64,000 bases of DNA, taken from positions 64,001-128,000 of the forward strand of contig CAWDTA010000005.1 of assembly GCA_963805085.1 (NCBI GenBank), read 5' to 3'. This DNA comes from an uncultured Veillonellaceae bacterium (GTDB lineage: Bacteria; Bacillota; Negativicutes; JARBTT01). The position numbers and the translations under genes are program-made. Of the stretch, positions 50,771 to 60,761 are shown piece by piece (position 1 is the first letter of the stretch; every line of letters starts with the position of its first letter). The notes under the pieces are model-generated. The model did no database searches, was not told where the DNA came from, and was given only the letters and a program-made list of their open reading frames with translations.

Positions 50771-52126
50771 ATGAGTACTGTAGAAAAAAGATTGACGATC
50801 AAAGAAAAATTTTCTTATGGTTTAGGTGATTTTGGTAATGGTTTTATGTTTGATATGGGACAAATTTACTTACTTAAGTTTTACACAGATGTTTTTGGCA
50901 TACCGGCAGCGGTTGCTGGTAGTATTTTTCTGATTACGAAAATCTTCGATGCTTTTATGGACCCGATTGCTGGTGCCGTGATTGATGGTAGAAAAACTGA
51001 TGCTGAAAAAGGCAAATTTAGAAGGATCATGTTTTTGAGCAGTATTGTCCTTGGTCTTTTATCGGTATTCGTATTTTTATCACCGCATATGTCAACAACT
51101 GCAAAAATTATTTTTGCGTATCTTACCTATATGGCGTGGGGGGTTGGATATTCTTTTACCAATGTTCCTTATGGTGCACTGGGCGCTGCAATGACGCAAA
51201 ATCCAGTCGACCGGGCATCACTAGCATCATGGCGTCAAGCAGGATCTTTAGGGGCGTTACTTATTACTAGCGTTATTGTTATTCCTATTGTGAAACAATT
51301 TGACGATCCACAAGTTGCTTGGCCAACAGTAGTAGCTTTAACCTCCGTGATTGGGATTACGGCATTTTATTTCACTTATAAAAATTGTAAAGAGGTTGTT
51401 GTCGCAAAAAAAATAAGCTCGGAAAAACAATTTTCAGTCAAGGCTATGGCACGTTCTGTCTTTACCAACAAACCACTTTTGGCATTGATTTTCATGACGA
51501 TATTTACGATTTCTGCCTACAATATTAAGTCGGCAATGCTTATTTATTATTGTCAATATAATCTTGGTGATATCAGTCTTATGCCATATATTAGTTTTAT
51601 TACAATAGGGTGCTCTTGTCTTGGTATTACAGTTATTCCACGGTTAACGAAAAAATTTGGCAAAAAAAATACAGCGTTGATTGGTTTTGCTATTAGTACT
51701 ATTGCTGATTTAATCAACTTCGTAATTCCTGGCGATTTAATTACGTTTACGATTTTAGCGAGTATCGCTTTTGTTGGTATTAGTATTCCAAACGGTGTTA
51801 CTTGGGCATTTGTATCGGATGCAATTGATTATGGCGAATGGAAGACCGGCGAAAGAAGAGAAGGCATCACGTACTCATTTTTTAATTTTTCCCGTAAAAT
51901 TGCGCAGTCTTTATCCGGTTTTGCTTCTGGAATCGGCCTTTCGTTGGTTGGTTATGTTCCGAATGTACAGCAGTCAGCCCAGTCCTTGTTGGGTATCAAA
52001 GGATTATTATTACTTTATCCAGTGATCACAATTTTTTGTGCAGGATTGGTTGTTAAATTTCTTTATGGTTTGAGTGATGATAGACATGGTCAAATTGTAG
52101 AAGAAATAAATATGCGAAGTATATAA
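50771..52126 (+). CDS. Glycoside-pentoside-hexuronide (GPH) cation symporter
   Basis: YGLGDFG, DAFMDPI, NVPYGAL, DAIDYGEWKTGERREG. Confidence 0.92.
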   Translation: MSTVEKRLTIKEKFSYGLGDFGNGFMFDMGQIYLLKFYTDVFGIPAAVAGSIFLITKIFDAFMDPIAGAVIDGRKTDAEKGKFRRIMFLSSIVLGLLSVFVFLSPHMSTTAKIIFAYLTYMAWGVGYSFTNVPYGALGAAMTQNPVDRASLASWRQAGSLGALLITSVIVIPIVKQFDDPQVAWPTVVALTSVIGITAFYFTYKNCKEVVVAKKISSEKQFSVKAMARSVFTNKPLLALIFMTIFTISAYNIKSAMLIYYCQYNLGDISLMPYISFITIGCSCLGITVIPRLTKKFGKKNTALIGFAISTIADLINFVIPGDLITFTILASIAFVGISIPNGVTWAFVSDAIDYGEWKTGERREGITYSFFNFSRKIAQSLSGFASGIGLSLVGYVPNVQQSAQSLLGIKGLLLLYPVITIFCAGLVVKFLYGLSDDRHGQIVEEINMRSI

Positions 52127-52426
52127 GTTATTATTTATACAACGAACAGTTATGTCTACTTAGTTAAATTATTTAATTAAGTAGACATGGTTCGATCTAT
52201 TACGACTATAAAATACACCTTTTAAAAATACTTAGTTATTTTCAAAAGGTGTATTTTTGTTATGCAAAAGACATTAATTTGCTAATAAATAAAGTCCAAA
52301 ACGGATATCATAAATGTTGTTTTCAATTTTTCTCACGAGAAGAACAAAAATAAATTGCTTTATATTCATTTTAATGAAGCAAGTATGATATAATAAATTC
52401 TTACCAAATTGAATGAGGTGATAATT

Positions 52427-52990
52427 TTGAAAGAAAAATATCTGACTTTGTTGCGTTCCACTAAGCGTGAAGGTATGGAAAATTTAATAAATTATTTAGA
52501 AAATAAAAGTGATTTTTTTACAGCACCAGCGAGTACAAAATATCATGGGGCGTATGAGGGCGGATTATTAGAGCATAGTATGGATGCCTACGAGCATATG
52601 ACGAAATTAGCGCAAATTTATCAATTAAGTGATATGAATGAAAGTAGTATTATTATTACAGCATTACTCCATGATATATGCAAAGTGAATTTCTATAAAA
52701 TTGATTATCGTAATAAGAAAAATGAAAAAGGTGTATGGGAGAAAATTAGTTATTATAAGATCGATGATACAGTTCCGTTGGGACATGGCGAAAAATCGGT
52801 GATCATGTTACAGCAGTATATCTCTTTAACCATCGATGAAATCATGGCAATTCGTTGGCATATGGGCAGTTTTTCAGGTAATGATTATACAACGACGCAG
52901 TCGCTATCAAAAGCGATGGAGCAATACAAAATTGTGACGTTACTTCATATGGCTGATTTGGCGGCAGGGTATTTGGATAATCGGAGGTAA
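52427..52990 (+). CDS. HD-domain phosphohydrolase
   Basis: FFTAPASTKYHG..GGLLEHS, LLHDICK, GHGEKS, IRWHMG; TTG start after GAGGTG. Confidence 0.88.
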   Translation: MKEKYLTLLRSTKREGMENLINYLENKSDFFTAPASTKYHGAYEGGLLEHSMDAYEHMTKLAQIYQLSDMNESSIIITALLHDICKVNFYKIDYRNKKNEKGVWEKISYYKIDDTVPLGHGEKSVIMLQQYISLTIDEIMAIRWHMGSFSGNDYTTTQSLSKAMEQYKIVTLLHMADLAAGYLDNRR

Positions 52991-53131
52991 GCGTATACGC
53001 TTTAGCTAAGATCGTCTGGGGAGTTTTGTTAAACTTCTAGAACTTTTAAATAAATTTGTGAAAGTTTTATTATTTTATATTTACAAGTTTGTTTTTTTAT
53101 GTTAACATATATAAGCAATTGATTATTGCAT

Positions 53132-53205
53132 GCGGGTGTAGCTCAATGGTAGAGCCCTAGCCTTCCAAGCTAGCCACGTGAGTTCGATTCTCATCACCCG
53201 CTCCA
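53132..53205 (+). tRNA. tRNA-Gly (TCC)
   Basis: Cloverleaf GCGGGTG...CACCCGC, anticodon loop CTTCCAA, GTTCGATTC, encoded CCA. Confidence 0.97.
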
Positions 53206-53214
53206 AAATGTATT

Positions 53215-53303
53215 GCCGGGGTGGCGGAACTGGCAGACGCACGGGACTTAAAATCCCGCGGATAGTAATATCCGTACCGGTTCGATTCCGGTCCTCGGCA
53301 CCA
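53215..53303 (+). tRNA. tRNA-Leu (TAA)
   Basis: Cloverleaf with long variable arm, anticodon loop CTTAAAA, encoded CCA. Confidence 0.97.
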
Positions 53304-53419
53304 TTTTAAAAATAAGAAATATTTTTGAAGTGGTGTATTTTTTTATCTAATTAAATATATATGATATACGCAGTTATGAAGGAAAGTCTGATGCATAGAA
53401 TTATCAATTAGTTCGAAGA

Positions 53420-53478
53420 GAGCATCATCATAACAGGACATCGGTAAGTGATGTCCTGTTATGATGATGCTTTTTCTT
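53420..53478 (+). terminator. Strong terminator downstream of the tRNAs
   Basis: AGCATCATCATAACAGGACATC-7nt-GATGTCCTGTTATGATGATGCT followed by a T tract. Confidence 0.8.
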
Positions 53479-53627
53479 TGCGATCTTTAAGTTTGTCAAA
53501 AGGTGTTTTTTACCATAAAATACTAAATTAGTGAATGAAGTAGCGAAATATTTTCAATGATTTTAGTTACAGTCTGATTTATTTCTCATACTATAGTATG
53601 AGGAATAAATTAGACTGGAGAAATGTT

Positions 53628-55124
53628 ATGGATTTTTCAGATAGTAAAAATACGGATTCGTTGGCTGGTGATTTAGCAGAAGATCAAGAAGAGAATGATA
53701 GACATTATTATCACCATTGCTCAGGTCCAGTAATTGAAGGGCCTCAAGGACGTCAAGGAGCAACGGGAGCAACGGGAGCTACGGGAGCAACGGGAGCTAC
53801 GGGAGCAACGGGAGCAACGGGAGCTACGGGAGCAACGGGAGCTACGGGAGCAACGGGAGCTACGGGAGCAACGGGAGCTACGGGAGCAACGGGAGCAACG
53901 GGAGCAACGGGAGCAACGGGAGCAACGGGAGCAACGGGAGCAACGGGAGCTACGGGAGCAACGGGAGCAACGGGAGCAACGGGCACAACCGTTTTATCAG
54001 GAGCTGGTACACCAACATGTGCTATAGGTCAAACTGGTGATTTCTATGTTGATGTAACTACGGGGCAATTATATTTTAAAGAAGTGCAACCTGTTGCGCC
54101 CCTTGTTAGAGATATTCCATCTCCGACAGGTAGTACATTGCTAGTAGGGTCTACCCGTACGTATACAACAATTCAGGCTGCTCTTGCTGCTGCAAGTAAT
54201 GGTGATAGATTGTTACTTGATGCTGAAACTTTCATTATTACAGCAACGATTACTGTTAATAAATCAGTAACGATTGAAGGCCAAGGCATGGCATCGACTA
54301 CAGTAATAACGACAACTACATCGGTAATTAGTATGTTTAATATAACAGTACCAGATGTTGTTATGTCAAACATGAAAATAGTCCAAAACTATCCTTCGAC
54401 ACTATCGACAGAAACTGTAATTGCAGTTAATAATTTAACGGCTACGGGGATTTATATAGATAACTGCGAGATTTCAGTATGTGAATTTGGCATATACATG
54501 ATTGCTGCAGAGTTCCAAATCACGAATTGCAGTTTCACCTATGCACCGCTCGCTGCACTGGGTAATGGGTATAGATATATTAATATAGCATCCACCTCAG
54601 GTGTTAGTATTATTGATAACAATACCTTTATATCTGCTTCGGGAAACACACAATGCAGATTTGTTAGTATCACAAATATTAGTGGTGCTTCAGGTACGCT
54701 TCAAGGCAAGTTGTTGATCAGCAACAATACACAACAACCATCTCCTTTTACCCTAAGGCACTTATTGGTTATTGAGGAGTTTATTGGTTCGGATTTTGAA
54801 TTGTTTATTAATAATAACACGACAATTAGTGAGGGAAATGTACCTATATTACTATTTAATGCTATTTTAAGTATATTTAAATTCATCGAAGTAATTGGCA
54901 ACAGCGTTCAAAATACTGCAGGAAAGGGACTTATCGGAATTGATGGAGGTTCTACTGGTACTACAGATATTTTTAGCGCGAATAACACACTTGCCAACGA
55001 GTTCTTTATCGCAGGATGGGCGAGTGCGACGGTTCCAGTAAGCTTTATTGTAGGATATAGCGAGACCATTACACCAGCACCGGTTTTACCGTTAGCGAGC
55101 TGTTACTGGCTGCCTTTGGTTTAA
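53628..55124 (+). CDS. Collagen-like protein with C-terminal right-handed beta-helix (probable spore-surface protein)
   Basis: GPQGRQ(GAT)25, then [13 protein letters not shown] beta-helix start; no signal peptide; CATACTAT sporulation-type -10 upstream. Confidence 0.75.
   Translation: MDFSDSKNTDSLAGDLAEDQEENDRHYYHHCSGPVIEGPQGRQGATGATGATGATGATGATGATGATGATGATGATGATGATGATGATGATGATGATGATGATGATGATGATGATGATGTTVLSGAGTPTCAIGQTGDFYVDVTTGQLYFKEVQPVAPLVRDIPSPTGSTLLVGSTRTYTTIQAALAAASNGDRLLLDAETFIITATITVNKSVTIEGQGMASTTVITTTTSVISMFNITVPDVVMSNMKIVQNYPSTLSTETVIAVNNLTATGIYIDNCEISVCEFGIYMIAAEFQITNCSFTYAPLAALGNGYRYINIASTSGVSIIDNNTFISASGNTQCRFVSITNISGASGTLQGKLLISNNTQQPSPFTLRHLLVIEEFIGSDFELFINNNTTISEGNVPILLFNAILSIFKFIEVIGNSVQNTAGKGLIGIDGGSTGTTDIFSANNTLANEFFIAGWASATVPVSFIVGYSETITPAPVLPLASCYWLPLV
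53757..53981 (+). repeat. 9-bp tandem repeat x25 (GGAGCWACG) encoding Gly-Ala-Thr
   Basis: 225 nt of GGAGCAACG/GGAGCTACG units. Confidence 0.97.
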
Positions 55125-55384
55125 TGTTTTGTGGATAAATGGATAAAATCAAATTAATCCACAAAATAAGAGTAACTAGCAACGTATCAACAAAATTGTG
55201 TGCAAATCTGCTTAGGTTTGTTGATAAATCAGCAGTATGAGAAAAAATAATAGCAACCGTTAGAATTTGAAGCTGACCTCATGGATTAGATTAATTGGGG
55301 TGCAGCTAATCTTTCTAACGGTTTTTTGTCGTTAAATTTAAGCTATGAAAAGATAAAGTAAATTTATTATCAATTAAGTTTATT

Positions 55385-55440
55385 TATTGTACTAATACAT
55401 TGTAATAATATTATAGTATTGTACTAATACATTAATACAA
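55385..55440. promoter_or_regulatory. Tandem YtrA-type GntR operators
   Basis: TATTGTACTAATACATT twice, 32 bp apart; second copy is palindromic TTGTACTAA..TTAATACAA. Confidence 0.75.
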
Positions 55441-55506
55441 TGTTATACTGATTACAGATAATTCTACATAGTATAACAATTTACGACCTTAAGATATCTA
55501 AAGGAA

Positions 55507-55890
55507 GTGATTTTACTGATTGAGATAGATGCAAAGAGTGGGGTTCCAGTATATATTCAGTTAAAAGAAGGACTAAAGTTATTAATTTTAAAAGGAATCT
55601 ACTTACAAGGTGCTAAATTGCCGACAGTTCGACAAATGGCTGTTGAACTTAGAATTAATAGTAATACAGTAGCAAGGTCTTATTCTGAATTGGAAAGGGA
55701 GGGCATAATTTCTACACAGCAGGGCCGTGGAACTTTTGTTTGTATGATTCCTACCGGGCTAGAGAATGACGAGAAAGAAAAAGAGCTAGATAAATTGTTA
55801 GAGAAGTTTATTACAGACACATTGTCTTTGGGATTTAATGAAGAATATATTTTAGAAAAATTAACAAATAAAATAAAGGAAAAAGTATAG
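55507..55890 (+). CDS. GntR family regulator, YtrA subfamily
   Basis: PVYIQL, LPTVRQMA..INSNTVARSY, GRGTFV, short C-terminus. Confidence 0.92.
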   Translation: MILLIEIDAKSGVPVYIQLKEGLKLLILKGIYLQGAKLPTVRQMAVELRINSNTVARSYSELEREGIISTQQGRGTFVCMIPTGLENDEKEKELDKLLEKFITDTLSLGFNEEYILEKLTNKIKEKV

Positions 55891-55903
55891 GGGTGATCAA
55901 TAG

Positions 55904-56830
55904 ATGGATAATTATCGAAATAATCAAAATATAAAAATTGCAACCCAAAAGCCAAGTACACCTAAAACTTTCTTGCCGCTCGTCGTCTTTGTTGCTGTTT
56001 TTGCTATTTTTGTTCGGTATGGATATTTGTATGACGATTTTTTTATTTGCATCGGTGGTTTGTTGGTAGCAATCATATTGTCACAGTCGATAAAAGTTGC
56101 ACAACAATGGGAGAAGGCAGTGATATTAAGGTTAGGAAAATTCCATCGTTTAGCAGGGCCGGGGCTGTTTTTCACGATACCGTTAATAGATACGGTTCCC
56201 TATTGGATTGACCAAAGAATTCATGCTAGTGCTTTTAATGCTGAACAGACATTAACAAAAGATAATGTTCCCGTAGATGTTGATGCAATTTTGTTCTGGG
56301 TTGTATGGGATGCTGAAAAAGCAGCTTTGGAAGTGGCTGATTATCTTGAAGCCGTTTCGTGGGCCTCTCAGACAGCGCTTAGGGATGTCATTGGTAAAAC
56401 GCTGTTGTCGGACATGTTGGCTGGTAGGGAAAATATTGATATACATTTACAGAAAATTATTGATCAAAGGACAGAAGCTTGGGGTGTTGCTGTACAATCT
56501 GTTGAGATACGAGATGTTATCATTCCCGAAGCGCTACAGGATGCGATGTCGCGCGAAGCGCAAGCGGAACGTGAACGCCGAGCAAGAATTATCCTCGCTT
56601 CAGCCGAAAGTGAAATCGCTGAAAACTTTGTAAATGCAGCTAAAATCTATGAGAAAAATGAGATTGCTGTTAAGTTGAAATCGATGAGCTTACTTTATGA
56701 AAGTGTAAAAGAGAAAGGTGGAATCGTCATCGTTCCCAACGATATGTCGGATTACACCAATTTAGGAACAACAATGGGACTACATAATAAGTTAAACCAT
56801 ATGAATGGAAACGGCGATAAGTCGGAATAA
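55904..56830 (+). CDS. SPFH/stomatin (slipin) family protein
   Basis: QWEKAVILRLG, LTKDNVPVDVDA, QTALRDVIG, MSREAQAERERRAR. Confidence 0.92.
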   Translation: MDNYRNNQNIKIATQKPSTPKTFLPLVVFVAVFAIFVRYGYLYDDFFICIGGLLVAIILSQSIKVAQQWEKAVILRLGKFHRLAGPGLFFTIPLIDTVPYWIDQRIHASAFNAEQTLTKDNVPVDVDAILFWVVWDAEKAALEVADYLEAVSWASQTALRDVIGKTLLSDMLAGRENIDIHLQKIIDQRTEAWGVAVQSVEIRDVIIPEALQDAMSREAQAERERRARIILASAESEIAENFVNAAKIYEKNEIAVKLKSMSLLYESVKEKGGIVIVPNDMSDYTNLGTTMGLHNKLNHMNGNGDKSE

Positions 56831-56851
56831 AGGACAAGGAGAGTAGTGAAT

Positions 56852-59152
56852 ATGAAAAATAATATTTCGCGCAGAACTTTTTTAAAGTTATCCGGAGCGA
56901 CTGCTGTAACTGTAGCCATGGCCAGTGATTTGGAAAAAAATGTTTTATTTGCAGCTGATGAATTGAAAAAAGAAGATGTAAAAAAGGTACGAACTTTCTG
57001 TGAAATGTGTACGACACGTTGTTCAATGGAAGTTAGAGTAAGAGATAAAAAAGTTGATTTTGTCGCTGGTAATCCAGATTGGGCTGCCACTGGTGGTACA
57101 ATTTGTGCGCGTGGTGGATCTGCTTTATCGCAGGTCTACGATCAACAACGTGTTCAAAAGCCTTTGATTCGTCAAGGGGAACGTGGTGAAAATAAATGGA
57201 AAGAAGTTTCGTGGGATGAGGCTTATGATTACATTGCGAAAAGAATGACAGCAATAAAAGAAAGCTATGGTCCGGAAGCAATGGCTTTTGTTTGTCGTGG
57301 TGGCATGCATAAAAAATACATGGACACTTTTGCTAATGCCTATGGTTCGCCAAATACATTTACGCATGAATCGACTTGTCCATTTGCTAGAACGGTAGCA
57401 AGAGATATCGTATTTGGCACGAATGGAATGGATATCGATTATGGCAATGTGAAGTATTTAATTACACTAGGACGCAATTATTTTGAAGGAATCCATGTTC
57501 CACAGGCAAGAAGTGTGATGAATGCACTAAGAAAAGGTGCAAAAATGGTTTCAGTTGATCCAAGATTTTCAGTGACTTCGGCAAAAGCAGATGAATGGTA
57601 TCCGATCAAACCAGGAACTGATCTTGCATTTGTGCTTGCTTTAACTCATGTTATCATGAGAGACAATCTATATGATAAAGAATTTGTTGATACCTTTACC
57701 ATTGGTTTTGATGAAATTAAAGCTTCTGTTATTTCAACAACTCCTAAATGGGCAGAAAAAGAAACTGGTATTGCAGCAAAGGATATTGAGCGTATCGCCA
57801 AAGAATTTGCAGCAATGAAACCAAAAGCTGTAGTTGACTGGGGCTGGCGTACCGCGACTTCTCCAGAAGAGATTGAGTTAAGAAGAGCAGTGATTCATGT
57901 AAATTTACTGATCGGTAATTGTGAAGTTCCAGGTGGTATATTTTTTACGAAAAATGCTGCTATGCTAAATCAGTTGATTGGTAGCAATGTTGCTCCAAGT
58001 ATTCAATCACCTAAAATTCCTAAATTTCCGAAAATGAAACAAAGAGTGGATGGTGCTGGCGTAAAAGGTGATCCGCATTATTTTATACCAAAAAGTGACG
58101 GTGTTGCACATTACATTCCGGAAGCTATTTTAACAGAAAAACCATATCCGATAAAAGGCTGGTTTGTATATCGAAATAATCCAATGCTGAGTCAGTCAAA
58201 TACAAACCGAGTTAGAGAAGCCTTAATGAAATTGGATTTGGTAGTTGTTTGCGATTTATACCTAACGGATACAGGGAATCTTGCGGATGTTATTTTACCA
58301 GAAAGTACATTCTTAGAACGTGAGGAAGGATTTAATGATGCAACTGGTGGTACGCCTAAATATACATTGCGCCAAAAAGTAGTCGATCCGATTTATGATA
58401 CAAAACCAAATTGGCAAATTTTTAAAGAGCTTGGCGAAAAAATGGGCTTAGGTTCCTATTTCCCTTGGAAAGATATGGATGAAATGCGACTGTTACAAAT
58501 GGGTGGACGTAAAGAGCTAGTTGAGCAAGCGAAGGAAAAAGGTTTTGTTGAGTTTAAGATGCCGCCACTTTATTTACGCGATCCTAAGTCTGTAGCAGTT
58601 TTTGTGGAAAAATTCCCAACGGCAGCGACGCAAGTAAATGAAAAAGGGATTATTCCAGGCCCAATGCTGAATTTAAAAACTCCAAGTAAAAAAATGGAAA
58701 TGGTTTCTGTGGAAGTAGAGGAATTATTCCCAGGTCGTGAAGTACCAAAATATCGTGCTGTAAAATTGAAAGAGGAAGATCAATTATATTTCATCCAAGG
58801 AAAGGTCGCAGTGCATACCAACGCGCATACACATAATGTACCGTGGTTACATGAATTGATGCCGGAAAATAGACTATGGATCAATCCTAATACAGCAGAA
58901 AAACGGGGCCTAAATCATGGTGATACAGTAGAAATTACTTCAGCATTTGGTAAACAACCAGCGACTCTTTTAATCAGTAAAGGAATTAGAGAGGATAGTG
59001 TATTTACCTACTTTGGGTTTGGTAGAAATGCACCAGAAATGAAACGGGCAAATAAAAAAGGAACAAATTCTAATATTCTCTTACCTACAGAGTTTTCACC
59101 AGTTTGTGCAATGTCACTACATACGGTAGGAATTGATGTTAAAAAGATATAG
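56852..59152 (+). CDS. phsA: Thiosulfate/polysulfide reductase molybdopterin catalytic subunit (PhsA/PsrA clade)
   Basis: Tat SRRTFLK, CEMCTTRC..ICARG FS0 cluster, HESTCP Mo ligand, PYPIKG, KVAVHTN. Confidence 0.82.
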   Translation: MKNNISRRTFLKLSGATAVTVAMASDLEKNVLFAADELKKEDVKKVRTFCEMCTTRCSMEVRVRDKKVDFVAGNPDWAATGGTICARGGSALSQVYDQQRVQKPLIRQGERGENKWKEVSWDEAYDYIAKRMTAIKESYGPEAMAFVCRGGMHKKYMDTFANAYGSPNTFTHESTCPFARTVARDIVFGTNGMDIDYGNVKYLITLGRNYFEGIHVPQARSVMNALRKGAKMVSVDPRFSVTSAKADEWYPIKPGTDLAFVLALTHVIMRDNLYDKEFVDTFTIGFDEIKASVISTTPKWAEKETGIAAKDIERIAKEFAAMKPKAVVDWGWRTATSPEEIELRRAVIHVNLLIGNCEVPGGIFFTKNAAMLNQLIGSNVAPSIQSPKIPKFPKMKQRVDGAGVKGDPHYFIPKSDGVAHYIPEAILTEKPYPIKGWFVYRNNPMLSQSNTNRVREALMKLDLVVVCDLYLTDTGNLADVILPESTFLEREEGFNDATGGTPKYTLRQKVVDPIYDTKPNWQIFKELGEKMGLGSYFPWKDMDEMRLLQMGGRKELVEQAKEKGFVEFKMPPLYLRDPKSVAVFVEKFPTAATQVNEKGIIPGPMLNLKTPSKKMEMVSVEVEELFPGREVPKYRAVKLKEEDQLYFIQGKVAVHTNAHTHNVPWLHELMPENRLWINPNTAEKRGLNHGDTVEITSAFGKQPATLLISKGIREDSVFTYFGFGRNAPEMKRANKKGTNSNILLPTEFSPVCAMSLHTVGIDVKKI

Positions 59153-59179
59153 TTGATGTGATAAGGAAGGTGAATAACA

Positions 59180-59752
59180 ATGGGAAATAAACGTTATGGA
59201 TTGCTTTATGACAGTAATGCCTGTATCGGTTGCCAAGCATGTTCGATTGCTTGTCGCGCTGAAAACAAAGTGCATGATGATGTACATAGATTACAAGTAA
59301 GAATTGAGGGACCAAAAGGAGAATTTCCTAATCTTCGCATGGATTTTCATCGGCAATCCTGTGTTATGTGTGACAATGCACCATGTGTGCCGGTTTGTCC
59401 TACTGGTGCTTCTTATACAAATGATGAAGGCATCAACATGGTCGATGAAAAAAAATGTGTAGGTTGTGGATATTGTATTACAGCTTGTCCATATCAAGCA
59501 CGGTATTTAGATCCGAAAACAGGCACTGCTGATAAATGCACCTTCTGCTATGAAAATAGAGTAAAATCTGGTGAAAAGCCTGCATGTGTTTCGACATGTC
59601 CGACAAATGCATTGATCTTTGGCGATTTAAATGATCCAAATAGTGAAATATGTCAAGCAATCAAGAAGCAAGCTACAGTAAAATATAAAGAATCATTACA
59701 TACCAATCCTAAACTCATCGTGATTCCGAATCGGCATGGGGGTGAAAAATAA
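59180..59752 (+). CDS. phsB: Four-cluster Fe-S electron transfer subunit (PhsB/PsrB/NrfC)
   Basis: CIGCQACSIAC, CVMCDNAPCVPVCP, CVGCGYCITACP, CTFC. Confidence 0.85.
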   Translation: MGNKRYGLLYDSNACIGCQACSIACRAENKVHDDVHRLQVRIEGPKGEFPNLRMDFHRQSCVMCDNAPCVPVCPTGASYTNDEGINMVDEKKCVGCGYCITACPYQARYLDPKTGTADKCTFCYENRVKSGEKPACVSTCPTNALIFGDLNDPNSEICQAIKKQATVKYKESLHTNPKLIVIPNRHGGEK

Positions 59753-60729
59753 TGGATCAAATTTGGGGAAATACGACGCAATACACGGAAATTGTGTGGG
59801 GATGGCAAATCGCAGTTTATTTATTCTTAGCTGGGCTTAGTGCTGGGGCTTTAATTTCGGCAATTTTAGTGAAATGGCGCTCCAATTTATCAGCAGGCTA
59901 TGATGGTATTATGAAAGCTGGTGCGGTGATTGCACTACCAGCGATAAGCTTGGGACTAGCGTTACTTGTTTTTGATTTGGGCAAGCCTGTTTCATTCTGG
60001 CTATTGATGTTCCATTTTAATTTAAAATCCGTAATGTCAATTGGTGTTATTTTATTAAGCGTTTATTCTGGATTCATGACAGTTTTTGCAGCAGTCATAT
60101 TCAAAAAAGAATTTGCAGAAAACAGTTTGACTGCTTGGGCATTTAGACCATTTCTTTTTATCATCGAGTGGTTTGAAGGATTAGGAAAATGGTTTGACTG
60201 GGTTATGGTTGTCCTTGCAATTGGCATTGCAGCTTATACTGGGTTCTTATTATCCGCGTTAGTTGCGAAACCATTATTAAATGTACCTGTGCTGCCATTG
60301 TTATTTTTGATATCGGGAATATCTTCCGGGATAGCTGGCTCTATCGCAGTAAGTATACTTTTCTTTAAACAATCCGTAAAGGAAAGTAATTTAAAATACT
60401 TACTTTCTTTAGATACAAAACTAATTCCTACGGAACTGTTCATTTTATTTGTTATGTTTACTGGACTATTTAATATGGGCGGGCAATATGCAATTGTTGG
60501 ACAGCAAGCGCTTACGATTGGTATTTGGGCAAAAGTATTTTGGGCGGGTATTGTTGGGATAGGTCTACTAGGACCATTACTTGTTATTACACTATCGCTT
60601 CATCAGTATGAGGAAAGTGATCATGCACCTATTCCGGTAGGCGCATTATTAGTCAATTCAGGTTTGGTACTTACAGGTGTCATTTTACTTAGATTCTATA
60701 TGTTGTATGCGGGACAAACTTTTATTTGA
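59752..60729 (+). CDS. NrfD/PsrC-family membrane anchor
   Basis: WGWQIAVYLFLAGLSAG, DLGKP, SVMSIG, YTGFLLS. Confidence 0.9.
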   Translation: MDQIWGNTTQYTEIVWGWQIAVYLFLAGLSAGALISAILVKWRSNLSAGYDGIMKAGAVIALPAISLGLALLVFDLGKPVSFWLLMFHFNLKSVMSIGVILLSVYSGFMTVFAAVIFKKEFAENSLTAWAFRPFLFIIEWFEGLGKWFDWVMVVLAIGIAAYTGFLLSALVAKPLLNVPVLPLLFLISGISSGIAGSIAVSILFFKQSVKESNLKYLLSLDTKLIPTELFILFVMFTGLFNMGGQYAIVGQQALTIGIWAKVFWAGIVGIGLLGPLLVITLSLHQYEESDHAPIPVGALLVNSGLVLTGVILLRFYMLYAGQTFI

Positions 60730-60761
60730 AATTTTTGAGTTAGAGTAGAAAATAATTAAGT

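Noticed and set aside
53734-54027. Repetitive ORFs (EQR/ELR)n on + and (PVA)n on -, and a possible CRISPR-like array
   Set aside because: They are alternative-frame shadows of the 9-bp collagen repeat; there are no spacers and no cas genes
55254-55328. Hairpin containing TGAAGCTGACCTC...GGGGTGCAGCT resembling collapsed IS3-type ends
   Set aside because: Too degenerate to call; adequately explained as a terminator
53132-55330. tRNA-Gly/Leu as an integration site for an island
   Set aside because: No integrase and no duplicated tRNA 3' end seen in the window
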